A stretch of 64,000 nt of DNA from Eledone cirrhosa (Eukaryota). The notes under the pieces are model-generated. The model had not been told where the DNA came from. It ran no database searches and saw only the letters and a program-made list of their open reading frames with translations. Made by a program: the position numbers and the translations under genes. Shown here piece by piece: positions 26,743-43,824 of the stretch. Numbering within the stretch: the stretch's first letter is position 1; each line of letters begins with the position of its first letter. Location of the stretch: the NCBI GenBank assembly GCA_964016885.1, contig OZ024744.1:43648001-43712000 (forward strand). The letters are read 5' to 3'.

Positions 26743-26801
<59 letters not shown>

Positions 26802-26806
<5 letters not shown>

Positions 26807-29800
26807 GATAACAAGTTATCGTTATAGGTAATCCAGTTAGAGGTTGTGAGTACTCTGCGTCGTGGATAGTTTTAACGTACGGCTTTGTTTGACTCAACAA
26901 GATGTTTCCATAGTTAGACAGCGAGTTCGCGGGAATTCCTATGTAGGTTATACTTGGAGTAATAATAGTGAAAGAATGAAGAGTAACATGGTTCGCTGTA
27001 CAACAAGGGGCTTTATTTCAGGTATTAACAATTGTTTCATTGACCAGGTGAGTCTAGAGGCCGCTAATCGCTCGAAGTTGCGTCACTCGATCTCCATTAC
27101 ATTATTTACCTCTGATCAAATCCTCGGAATACAAATATTATTCATACATGGCAAGATATATATAGAGAAATAGCGTATAATCAAAACAATAACATCAATA
27201 ATAAAATATATATATGATAAATAGGTAAAGAAGTTACAGATATAAAAAGTAAATGGTAATAGATACAGTAAAAATGTAAAAGAATGGAAAAATAATAGAA
27301 ATATAAAGAAATAAGGATAAGTGATAGCATATAAGTACAGAATATGAGAGGGGTGGTGGTGAGTAAGTGTCCGTTAAAGGATGGTGTAGTGGATTTAGTG
27401 CTAACATGAAAAGTCATATTCGAAACATGCATAAATACGTGCAGAGAGTCCGAGGTAGTGACAGATAAAAGAAAAAGCAATAAATTAGAGATTAATTGGG
27501 AGATACTAGTATGAGACCCAAGGGCTAAGGGTGGATGGTGAAGGGAGGTTTGACAATTGTGTGTGGTAAACGTTTTGATGATTGTCTTGTCTTAATGGGG
27601 TTGATGCGGTTTCAGGGAGAGAGGGTGGAATAGATGTTAAGAGATTTATGATCTAGTGACCAGTCGGCCGCTTGACAGCTAATAGCGGTGTGATGGTATG
27701 TATTCAATACGTTAAAATCCAGGTGGTTCTGTTCTTATTTTGGGATTGCTGGCTCGAATCATGGCGGTTTAAAATTTGTGAACTTGGTAGCTATTTTATG
27801 CCTACAGAAAATTGATCTTTCTATTTTGCTGTTAAGCAGCATCTTATCGTACCTTAAAATATGGAATAGCTCCATATTTCAAAGTCCGCAGTGGGACATT
27901 CCATTGTTGTATGCCCTTGCTCCCGATAATTTTGACCAGCTAATCCTATATTCCTGGTTTGTGTTTTTAAGCTGCCAGATTTTATTGGCGAGCCTTGTGG
28001 AATTCTCCAGTCTACGGTTCGTCATGGAGTGTCTGTGAACGTACCACCTTTTTTTTAACTCCCCAGCCGTGGAACCTATGTAGTGCCAAGTAAAGTTGTC
28101 TCAATTTACAGTACACAGGCACCATACTCGAATCCAGGCATCTATTTTCTAGTGGGCACTTATCCGGTAGGTGGCAGTTACTGTTGGAGGCTTTTCTGTG
28201 TGCACATTCTCCGTTGCGGTTTTGTATGTTGTTGTGGGTGGGTTGAGATTTAGGCATATTAGTGTTTTGTTGTGATGCGCCCTGATGTGTTTGTGGTTGT
28301 GATGTTGTTATGTGTTTGCGTTTTGTATTTGGTGCTATGGCGTATGTTGGTAGGTTATTTTCTTTAGAGATATTTTGGTGGTTGATTTTATGTATGCGTG
28401 ACTCTATGTTGGCTGCAGTAGAGTTTCATAGTTTGATAGTTCTTCTATTAAAGATTCTATGGTATTTATGTAGTTTAGGGAAGTGTTTGTCGATTAGATT
28501 AAAGAATGTAGAAGGTAGTTTAGTTTTTAAAGAAGAGTTGAATATTGGATTGAACCATAAGTATTTCCTATCTCTGGATTTTCTATAGTTCTTAGGGATC
28601 TCTATATTAGGGTTCGGTTCAGTTATTTTTGGTGCTCGTTGTCTAATTCTATGTTTAGTCCTCTGTTTGTTATTTCTATAGGTGTGGGTAGTGTAGTTGC
28701 CGTTAGGTTTGTTGTTGCTGTCTCTATCTGGTATATATTAGTGCCCCACTTTATGTCCTGCCTTATGTAAAGCTACTCTATCTAGTATATACTCTAGTAT
28801 TACTCTATCTAGTATATACTTGCTAATTCTACCTATATCCGACTTCGATGGGCATATTAATCTAATTGCGTGGTCTGTTTCGAAATTATTTTTGTGATCC
28901 TTTAGGTTAAATGTGGGGTTAAAAGGGCTTAGATGCTCAGTTCTATCAAGATATTTTCAGTTTTTTTACAATGCCAAGTCCTTCCTTATTAATGCTAGTG
29001 AGTGCAGATTGTGTTGTTTTCTTGTATGTTTTGTGCAGTCCACGGCGTATAAAGTTATTGTATGTATTAAGGCTCATGGTGTATACGCTTGATGTTTGTC
29101 AGATTTTACTATAATACGGTTGGTGCTGCGTAGTTTTTTTAGTAGTACATTGATGTCATTTTGCAGTTTGTTGTGATGTGTCCGTTTTCTGAATTTGGTT
29201 TCACTTATCATGTTCATGAATTCGAGTTCGAAGGCTTCAAGCTGGGGGTTATTTGGTGGACTTTTGCAGGATTTGAATCCGTATTTTTCCCTAGTTAATT
29301 CCTCCGTGTAATTAGCGTGTCCTTTATTGCAATGATAGGCCTTCCATCGGATTCGACGGATGAAGTCATTAGTACGCTGTATCATGCCGAGTGTATAGTC
29401 CTTGTTTGTAGGTATAGGTATATTTTTCAAGGACATGTGGTGCTTTTCCATGTTAGTGCCGTGCGTTAATGTTGTTGCTCAATCTAGTGGGAGCTGGGTA
29501 TATGGGATAACAAGTTATCGTTATAGGTAATCCAGTTAGAGGTCGTGAGTACTCTGCGTCGTGGATAGTTTTAACGTACGGCTTTGTTTGACTCAACAAG
29601 ATGTTTCCATAGTTAGACAGCGAGTTCGCGGGAATTTATATGTAGGTTATACTTGGAGTAATATATAGTGAAAGAATGAAGAGTAACAAGGGGCTTTATT
29701 TCAGGTATTAACAATTGTTTCATTGATCAGGTGAGTCTAGAGGTGGCTAATCGCTCGAAGTTGCGTCATTCGATCTCCATTACATTATTTACCTCTGATC

Positions 29801-29880
29801 AAATCCTCGGAATACAAAAATAATTCATACATGCCAAGATATATATAGAGAAATAGCATATAATCAAAACAATAACATCA
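26802..29880 (-). mobile_element. Penelope-like element with direct pseudo-LTRs (26802-27199, 29500-29880), RT core deleted
   Basis: ~390-bp direct repeats. ORF start 29451 (MSLKNIPIP..., RIRWKA, KSDK, LKDHK, SKSDIG) jumps to the thumb/linker near 28780; WFNP, CHLPDKCPL and EN remnants to ~27750. Confidence 0.88.
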
Positions 29881-29897
29881 TATATATATATATATTG

Positions 29898-30507
29898 TGT
29901 CAGGTCACCAGTTGGTGCTACTGGTAACATGTATCCCAGTACAACCTGTCACATGGTCGGGTCGTTGGCGACTAGACTGGCAACCCCACCAACGTTTCTT
30001 GGTGAGGAGGGTGACTTTGGACATCCTGCAGGACTAAAAACAAAACCTGTCAAAGGGCAAAGGAGCTCTTAAGAGTCAATAGCCATCTAAAATCACCGGG
30101 AGAGATGACCCCTTAGCCTTTGTCAAAGCAGAATTCTAGGAGAAGGAAAACTCTGATATAACACCTGCAACCCTGATGGTATCCAATGATGTTGACTTGT
30201 TCTTCTTTTTGGTAAATATCATCTTGGTTAAGAGAGTGGGACTGGCTTTGTGCAGTGCCTTTGCTCACTATAAAAGCTTCACGGCACAGGCATTGCTTTA
30301 TATCTGGAGATCTCTCTGCACTTGTCATCATATGGTACCATGAGCCCAGCACTATGTGTCAATAATTGTCACAAATGTAGTGTCTGTACCAGAGTTTTCA
30401 AGTCGCTGGCTGGACTAAAAAGTCACACTCGTTCAGCGCATCGGTAGGGGTTCTCCTACGTGGATATAAAGTAGTGGCCATACTCGAAAACGAGTTGGCA
30501 GCCACCA
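29898..30507 (+). mobile_element. ~600-bp RTE-derived non-autonomous element, copy 1
   Basis: Direct repeat of 30608-31210; RTE-like 3' zinc-finger remnant; TA/TATG flanks. Confidence 0.8.
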
Positions 30508-30517
30508 TGTATATATG

Positions 30518-30567
<50 letters not shown>

Positions 30568-30607
30568 TGTATATGTATATGTGTGTACGTATATATGTAT
30601 GTATATT

Positions 30608-31210
30608 TGTCAGGTCACCAGTTGGTGCTACTGGTAACATGTAGCCCAGTACAACCTGTCCCATGGTCGGGTCGTTGGCGACTAAACTGGCAACCCCACC
30701 AAGGTTTCTTGGTGAGGAGGGTGACTTTGGACATCCTGCAGGACTAAAAACAAAACCTGTCAAAGAGCAAAGAAGCTCTTAAGAGTCAATGGCCGTTCAA
30801 AATCACCGGGAGAGATGACCCCTTAGCCTTTGTCAAGGCAGAATTCTAGGAGAAGGAAAACTCTGATATAACACCTGCAACCCTGATGGTATCCAATGAT
30901 GTTGACTTGCTCTTCTTTTTGGTAAATATCATCTTGGTTAAGAGAGTGGGACTGGCTTTGTGCAGTGCCTTTGCTCACTATAAAAGCTTCACGGCACAGC
31001 CATTGCTTTATATCTGGAGATCTCTCTGCACTTGTCATCACATGGTACCATGGGCCCAGTGTCAGTAATTGTCACAAGTGTAGTGTTTGTACCAGAGTTT
31101 TCAAGTCGCTGGCTGGACTAAAAAGTCACACTTGTTCAGCGCATTGGTAGGGGTTCTCCTACATGGATATAAAGTAGTGGCCGTACTCGAAAACGATTTG
31201 GCAGCCACCA
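30608..31210 (+). mobile_element. ~600-bp RTE-derived non-autonomous element, copy 2
   Basis: Direct repeat of 29898-30507 and of 11321-11833. Confidence 0.8.
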
Positions 31211-31228
31211 TATATATATATATATATA

Positions 31229-31381
31229 CCGTATTTCCCGGCGTCCTTAAGGACGCACCATAATTTTGCAAACCAAAAATTTGAGAAAAAAATTAAACAA
31301 CGTTAGGCCCACAGGACGCATGGGAGATTTTTTAGACTCATTTTAGGAAAAAAGAAGCGCCCTCGACGCCGGGAAGTATGG
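31229..31381. mobile_element. Tc1/mariner(pogo)-type MITE, 153 bp
   Basis: TIRs CCGTATTTCCCGGCGTC / GACGCCGGGAAGTATGG flanked by TA within (TA)n. Confidence 0.8.
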
Positions 31382-31596
<215 letters not shown>

Positions 31597-31855
31597 GAGG
31601 GTGTGGTAAGATACCAGGTGGACCATAACGCTCTGCCATTGGGGTCCTGATTCTTTACCTATATATATATATACGCATAAAATATATTAATAAATGGAAA
31701 CTTTATTTATAAAACCATATTTATTTTATTATATATTTTTCAAGGGCGACCAGGGCAAATTATGGTGCGCTTTCATCATATAAAATACAGATTTGTTTTA
31801 TAAATAAATATTGACATACCCGGAAAAAAAATCTCAACAAATTAAATATAACCTC

Positions 31856-31930
<75 letters not shown>

Positions 31931-31993
31931 GTCCCAAAGCTCTGATACCATCAACACCATAAACACAGAGCTTACATATCTAAGAACTGACTA

Positions 31994-32049
31994 ACTGCCT
32001 GATGAGATCATAGCCATTCAATGGCTATCATCGAAATATATATAACAGT
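31994..32049 (+). ncRNA. Type I hammerhead ribozyme in a ~170-bp cassette between (TA)n
   Basis: ACUGC-CUGAUGA-GAU(C)AUAGCCAU/AUGGCUAU(C)AUC-GAAAUAUAUAUA^ACAGU. Confidence 0.75.
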
Positions 32050-32090
32050 AAATAAAGGATTATGAGTTTATGCAATTGACTTATGTTTCG

Positions 32091-32127
<37 letters not shown>

Positions 32128-32404
32128 TTAAGGGTACTATTTATGGTTATGTATGCAATAAAACCTTTGATGGTAATATATTATATATACACAAACCCTA
32201 AATAGTGAGAGATAGTCTTTAATTACTATCCTATGCGCATATGTTTTATGTGTCTCTTGGGTTGAAAGGAGGTCAAGTATGTTATAATTAGCTGCTCCGA
32301 AGAATCCAAACCTCGGTTTGGAGGAAACAATTTTAAGCAAATAAATGACTTAAACTGAACTTTGATTACTGTAATCTCTCTCTCTCTCTATATATATATA
32401 ATAT

Positions 32405-32766
32405 AAAACGAAAAATCGGTGATGCATCTGGACTTAATTTATTGTGTATTACAATTGTTTCGCCGGCAGACAGCTCGAGACACGATCATTGTATGGATCT
32501 GTCTGATTCTAGAACTGCAGGTTCGTCGGACACTTGTAATAATTTCGGACCAAATTTTCTCACTGGGATTTTAGTTTCAAAAAACATCTTCCTCGCTTGT
32601 CCTGCTGTTGGCTGTTGTTTTTCTACATCATAAATTCTGGCCAATATTTGCTGCCATACTCTCCATCAGCTACTGTCCGTTCGACACACTTCAATGAATT
32701 TATGCTGGGTTGGGTATTTCACAAGTCACTCACACACACATATACACACACATTCACGCACACCCG

Positions 32767-32818
<52 letters not shown>

Positions 32819-33570
32819 CACACATACACACACATGTACATATACACACCCATATCCATATACACACACACTCACATACACACACGCCCACGACCATATA
32901 ACTAACAACATATGCCGCCACAAGCGCCTGCCTACATGCCCTCGTACATCAGCTCTCACACGCATATATATATATATATACATACACACGTATATTACTG
33001 ATAGTGATGGTAACTAAGGAAAAATCACAGTCGCGACCATCGCCATTATGAAGCGGGTCATAATAGAGGTGGGGTGTGGGAGAAAAGTTGATATATGTTC
33101 GAGTTATATAGTTTATCCATTCTACCATTCCGAAACAGAACTGGTTTGTAGGCTCTATATGTTATGTTTGTTTTATACATTGATTTAGGAGAATTTGTTC
33201 AGGATAGGACCCTTGGCAAAGAATATCTCGTAGCTCTCTGAGATAGATAAACTACAGCTCTTATGCCCACTAGTGTATTTTCCATTTTAGCTTGAAGAGG
33301 ATGGACTGCATTCTATACATAAGTGGCCAGTAGAGATTTGATTTGTCTAGTCGTCTAAAGTAGTGGGAATGGGGGAACCGTCGCGTCTTAAAATTGTTAG
33401 AGGTGATGCAAATGAATTTTCTTTTTGTTGTTACTTGATATTTCGTCACTTTTGTAAATGATGTCGTCCATCAAATATTTGTTTTCCAGTGGGTAGGTGT
33501 CATTGTTTGGACAGTTAGACAGTGCCCTATTACGGGCTTGGGTTTCGGAAGTTGTGGACGTATTTACTAT
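32405..33570 (-). mobile_element. Decayed PLE 3' fragment (GIY-YIG remnant + tail)
   Basis: Minus-strand NCPNNDTYPLENKYLMDDIIYK, SNNFKTR, ISESYEI; degenerate HHR in the tail. Confidence 0.55.
32446..32533 (-). ncRNA. Degenerate hammerhead (core CCGACGA, long stem II)
   Basis: GUGU-CCGACGA-ACC...GGC-GAAAC-AAUU-GUA^AUAC. Confidence 0.5.
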
Positions 33571-33789
33571 TAATATATATATATATAAAGCATGCTTTCT
33601 TTATAAACAGCGAAGATTGTAAAAATAGCTAGTAATGTGTGCTTACGCCGTATTTAATTAAATATATTAATCTATTAGTTGGGAATGGAAAAAAGGATGA
33701 GAATTGACGTACATGGGATAGGAAGCCACATCTTTGGTTTGTGCCAACAATTTACACCAATACGACCCCACACACATTATTCTATTTAA

Positions 33790-33985
<196 letters not shown>

Positions 33986-34072
33986 TATACAGAGAAAAAT
34001 ACACAAAGAGGTTAGTATTCAGTTTTGGCTTTAAGTTTTACCGGTTCCGCATTTCTAATGCTTTTCAAAAAT

Positions 34073-34222
34073 AATTTTGAGATAGAGCGTCCGTGATGTT
34101 TGCTCTGATCTGATTAGTTTTGGGAATTCTACCGGTTTTCTACCTGTTTTCGTAGAAAACAGGTAGAATTCCCAAAACTAATCAGATCAGAGCAAACATC
34201 ACGGACGTTCTATCTCAAAATT
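34073..34222. repeat. ~150-bp fold-back palindrome
   Basis: aattttgagatagagcgtccgtgatg...ctacc / ggtag...catcacggacgttctatctcaaaatt. Confidence 0.9.
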
Positions 34223-34275
34223 TTCTATTCCGTTTACCAATATATAATAACTTGTGTGTTACACCTCTATTTTTT

Positions 34276-34378
<103 letters not shown>

Positions 34379-34384
34379 ATGAAA

Positions 34385-35070
34385 ATTTATCGCTCTACAT
34401 GGCTAAATTGAAAAGGAGGCGATTGTGGTAAAGGATGAATTGGATAAGGGATTGGGTGAGAAAAGGGTGGCAAGTCGAGGAGAGATGGGGGTAGGCTTTG
34501 GGGAGATCTCGGTTGAGAGAACGGATTTGGGCGAGAGTTGATCGAATGGTCGCCCGCATGAGGTGGCGAGAGGAACGGGTAAGGATGGGCTTAGTGGTGG
34601 GAGCAGCGTATGAGCTGGGGTGAAAATTGAGGCGGATCCCTGGGGAATGAGGTGGTGGTGGAGACAGTGACTTAAAAATGTGATGTCACTGTTGTATTGT
34701 GTTTTGGTGAAGATGAGGTTGAAGAGATGCAGCGAGCATTGGATGCATATTGGGGAGAGGTTGGAGGAAGCGGAGAAAAGATTTGAGGAATGGAGCTGGC
34801 GGAGAAAAGATTTGAGATTGGGCATACTGAAGGTACTAGGGTGGGAGTGAAAAATAGACGGCTGAGAAGAAGAAGGTGGTGTAAAAAGATTGAAGTAGAG
34901 GAAAAGTGGTAGAGAGTCGTGGAATATTTAAATGCAAGAAGCAAAGAAAATTTGAAAGATACGAAAGATTTCCTGGTGGAAGTTCAGGTGTACTCCGGGT
35001 TGGTATCCAGTTTCGAGGTGAAAATCCAATCGGAAAATCCAACGAATTTTGAGAGGTCCACGTAAGCGCT
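34385..35070 (-). mobile_element. PLE 5' fragment (N-terminal region of ORF)
   Basis: HLFNLIFTKTQYNSDITFLSHCLHHHLIPQG resembles the PLE N-terminal FL..C....LIP.G motif; bounded by (TA)n. Confidence 0.55.
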
Positions 35071-35182
35071 GATATATATATATATATATATATGTAAAAG
35101 GTAAACAGAAATAACAACACAATCGGTACAGTATATTGAAGGGATATATTAGGTTAACGCTTGATATAGCAGGAAGCGGCTA

Positions 35183-35201
35183 TATATATAAACTAGACAG
35201 A

Positions 35202-35257
<56 letters not shown>

Positions 35258-36315
35258 TTTGGCAACCATTCAGAGTGTGGGTCAATGACGAATTAATTAA
35301 TTAAATAATTAACAATCAGAGCAATATATAAGAAAGTAAGTCCATAGAACCATTTGATAAAATATATACAGTATTTCATCTCCCAATCAGCATAATCAAT
35401 CACATAAAAAATCAATTAAACGAGGCTATAAGTTGAAAATGTACCTATGAAGAAACAATAGATAAATGATAGCTATTTTATCCGCGATCCACAGCCACAG
35501 AAGATGTACCTAGTATTTCTAATAGCCCGTAGAAATTGACTAGACATATAGTTAACCATACTGTATATATTTTATCAAATGGTTCTATGGACTTACTTTC
35601 TTATATATTGCTCTGATTGTTAATTATTTAATTAATTAATTCTTCATTGAGCCACACCGTGAATGGTTGCCAAAAACATATATATATATATATATATATG
35701 GCTCTGTCTAGTTTATGTATATGTAAACCTCTATATTGTATATACTTCCGTAAGGTTGAGTAAAACTTTAGGCAGCATTCGGCTGTGCTTTCCAGCAACC
35801 AACCTACTCGCCATCAGGCACCAATCACGAGCTTTCTGACTTGACCACTGGCCATGTGACAATTCTTAGCCATTTTGAATTCGTTTCTGGCGGGGATCAT
35901 TTAGGAAAAATCTTTGTCCAATTGAGTTTGTTTCCTGATGATTTCGAAACTCGTTGATTTATCCATGATCGGATATTTCCAAAAAGCGAATCAAATCTCT
36001 GGGGGTAGAAACATGATTTTGGTATGTTTATGTACACATTTTCTTCTAACTTTGATTTTGTACCTAATTGTGTATGGTTAGCTATATGTCAAGTCAATTT
36101 CTACAGGCTATTAGAAATACTAGGTAAATCTTCTGTGGCTGTGGATCGTGGATAAAATAGCTATCATTTATTTATCTATTGTTTCTTCATAGGTACATTT
36201 TAAACTTATAGCCTCTTTTAATTGATTTTTTTATGTGATTGATTATGCTGATTGGGAGATGAAATACAGTATATATTTTATCAAATGGTTCCATGGACTT
36301 GCTTTCTTATATATG
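35183..36315. repeat. Overlapping inverted duplications (35183-35373 vs 35558-35722; 35325-35560 vs 36072-36315)
   Basis: Reverse-complement matches read directly. Confidence 0.85.
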
Positions 36316-36329
36316 TATATATATATATA

Positions 36330-40925
<4,596 letters not shown>

Positions 40926-40995
40926 CTGCTCAGTCGTTAATATACATAAGGAAAGTATATACATTCAGACGTTCAATCATCTGACAGAAAAGTAT

Positions 40996-41038
40996 ACGTT
41001 GCTGACGATAGCTAATAAGCTTGAAACTAGTGCATCGT
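40996..41038 (+). ncRNA. Minimal hammerhead (cleavage triplet mutated to GUG)
   Basis: ACGUUG-CUGACGA-UAGCUAAUAAGCUU-GAAACUAGUG-CAUCGU. Confidence 0.7.
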
Positions 41039-41428
41039 TCTTGTGTCAGTGTTGAACAAAAAGGCGACGATGGTTGCCTGAACACTGTACGGCGTAATTA
41101 GGGCTGTTTGTTTACAAACAAACCGAACATTATAATAAATGTTCGGTCAACCTATACGTACATATATATATGTGTGCATGTATGTATATATATACATAAT
41201 GCTGTACGTCTGTATACATATATGTATGTACGTATACATACATACTAACATTTAAGTATCAGCCGTACTAAGAGTGAGAAATGAAATGTCGTTTCATTCT
41301 TTTCCATTTATCGTATTCGGTGCGCCCGGCCGACTAGCTCACTCGATATGCAAATTAGGCTGCTCAGCCGTTAATATGCATAGGAAATTATATACTTTCA
41401 GACGTTCAATCATCTGTGAGAAAGGTAT

Positions 41429-41471
41429 ACGATGCTGACGATAGCTAATAAGCTTGAAACTAGTACAGCGT
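41429..41471 (+). ncRNA. Minimal hammerhead with palindromic stem III (ACUAGU)
   Basis: ACGAUG-CUGACGA-UAGCUAAUAAGCUU-GAAACUAGUA^CAGCGU. Confidence 0.8.
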
Positions 41472-41784
41472 TCCTGTGTCAGTGTTGAACAAATGAGCAG
41501 CGATGGTTGCTAGACACTGTACGGCTTAATTCGGGATGTTTGTTTACAAACAAACCGAACATTATAATAAATGTTCGGTCAACCCATACGTACATATATA
41601 TATGTGTGCATGTATGTATATATATACATACTACTGTACACCTGTATACATATATGTATGTACGTATAAATACGTATATGTATGTACGTATAAATACGTA
41701 CTTACATTTAAGTATCAGCCGTACTAAGAGTGAGAAATGAAATTTCTTTTCATTCTTTTCCATTTATATATATATATATATATA

Positions 41785-42612
41785 GAAGTGGTTACACAAC
41801 AGTTAGTTCACCATACCGAGGATAATTGTTTCACCTTAGCGGATCCTCAGTTCGTAAACGGAACTCGAAGGACAACGACACGAACACGCATGCGCAGAAA
41901 CCGTCTCTTCACACAGGCAATACTAAAAAGCGTGCAGGAGGTGTAAGGGATATAACTGCAAAAGTCCGAAAAATTTCTAATTGATAAGAAAATTAGGATG
42001 TTTTTGTGATTCAATCCGGATCTTTGTTGTTATGTAAGAGGTGTTTCGAGACGTGTGGACAACGTGGGAAGAACTCATTTCTCGTGTTTAGGCAATCACT
42101 ATTGCATAATCTCTTTAGAATATTTATTCGTTCATCAATACATAGTCCTCACGACGGATTTCCCCTTGCGTATGGCTTTGACTTAGTGATGGCTTTTCAT
42201 TGAATGGAGTAGTCTATACTTGAGTCCTTGAGGGACCATACGTGGCTCGCGAGTTTTTGTGGATGAACGTCTGTCCGGGTACCTAAAGGTCGACTGGAGG
42301 TTCAGGAAGCGTTCCTTAAATCGGCCGTCATACCCACATAAGACTTGACCTCCTGTGGTTGGTTTGGTCGGTTGGAAGTGACCACAGCTTCATAAATTAC
42401 AGCGGGTGTGTTGCATTGCTGTTGAAGAGGACAAGCTTCGAGCTTACGGCAAGAGCACCCTGGTGGGGTGTTACTCTTAGGGCTGTTGGTGATGTGAGCC
42501 TTCATGATCTTAGCGCAGGAGTATCCTAGTTTTACTTTGTGTCGGTTAAAGATGGAGCGGTATTTAGTACCTATGGGAAAGTGTCTATCTAAGATGGCTA
42601 GAAATTTTTTGA
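41785..42612 (-). mobile_element. PLE 3' fragment (thumb end, linker, GIY-YIG, tail with degenerate HHR at 41817-41854)
   Basis: CSCRKLEACPLQQQC, VIY...YVGMT; CUGAGGA-UCC...GG-U-GAAAC on the minus strand. Confidence 0.8.
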
Positions 42613-42648
<36 letters not shown>

Positions 42649-42677
42649 ATTATGTAATAAACAACATAAGGCAATTA

Positions 42678-42737
42678 TTCCATTTACCAGTGGTTTCTTA
42701 AAAGCAAAATGTTTTGCTTTCAATCATCTGAACGGAA
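42678..42737 (-). ncRNA. Hammerhead, core mutated (CAGAUGA); mirror of 53781-53840
   Basis: Reverse complement of the 53781 HHR with a U4A change. Confidence 0.65.
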
Positions 42738-43022
42738 AAAGCTGGTTTGTTTATTGAATTTGGATTACAAAACCAAAAATGCAATCTATATGAAAGTGAG
42801 GCTGGAGAAGGGAGAAGGAAAGGAAAAATAAAATAAAACAACGCATGCAAACACACACACAAAAAAACCCCAAAAGCATACTTACACACACATACATATA
42901 TACATATATATATGTACGCATACATATATACATATACACATATATATAAAACGTACACTTACCTACACAAACACATATATACACACATATACACATACAT
43001 ACATTAATACATATACACACAT

Positions 43023-43092
<70 letters not shown>

Positions 43093-43119
43093 GCACATAT
43101 CCACACACACATATATATA

Positions 43120-43163
<44 letters not shown>

Positions 43164-43360
43164 TATACACATATACACACATACGCATACACACACATAC
43201 ACATGTGTGTGTACAAGCATACACATACACAAACATAGCCATACACACACACATATATATACACATACATACATTCACACGAACATACAAAACGTACATA
43301 CATACACATACATGAATGCACTCCTCTACATATTCACACACGCAAATAAATATAAGAAAA

Positions 43361-43406
<46 letters not shown>

Positions 43407-43446
43407 GATATTAAATAAATGGAAACTATATTTATAAAACCATATT

Positions 43447-43512
43447 TATTTCATTATATATATTTCAGGGATATCATATTAACAATATGTTATGCCTTCT
43501 TCAGACAAAATA
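43447..43512 (-). ncRNA. Hammerhead (inverted copy of 47206-47271)
   Basis: Reverse complement read directly. Confidence 0.75.
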
Positions 43513-43705
43513 CAATATAGACAGTTTTATAAATAAATAGATTTGACATACCGTTCAACATCGACTTGTATTTGAAAAGTTGATTTGGCAGTGAAAAATT
43601 GTAAACAGAAAGAAAGAAAGAAAGAAGGAAAGAAAGAAAGAAAACGAAGAAAAAATGCATGCAACTAACTACAGAGATGTATGTATATATGTGTGTTTAC
43701 GTATA

Positions 43706-43742
<37 letters not shown>

Positions 43743-43769
43743 TTATATTTTTGTATATATATATATATA

Positions 43770-43824
<55 letters not shown>

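Noticed and set aside
27010-27125. Hammerhead in the direct pLTRs (GAAACAATTGTT on the minus strand)
   Set aside because: 3' half is present but no recognisable CUGANGA core in either pLTR.
35930-35960. CTGATGA-TTTC-GAAAC hammerhead-like string
   Set aside because: No stem II pair and no convincing stem I.
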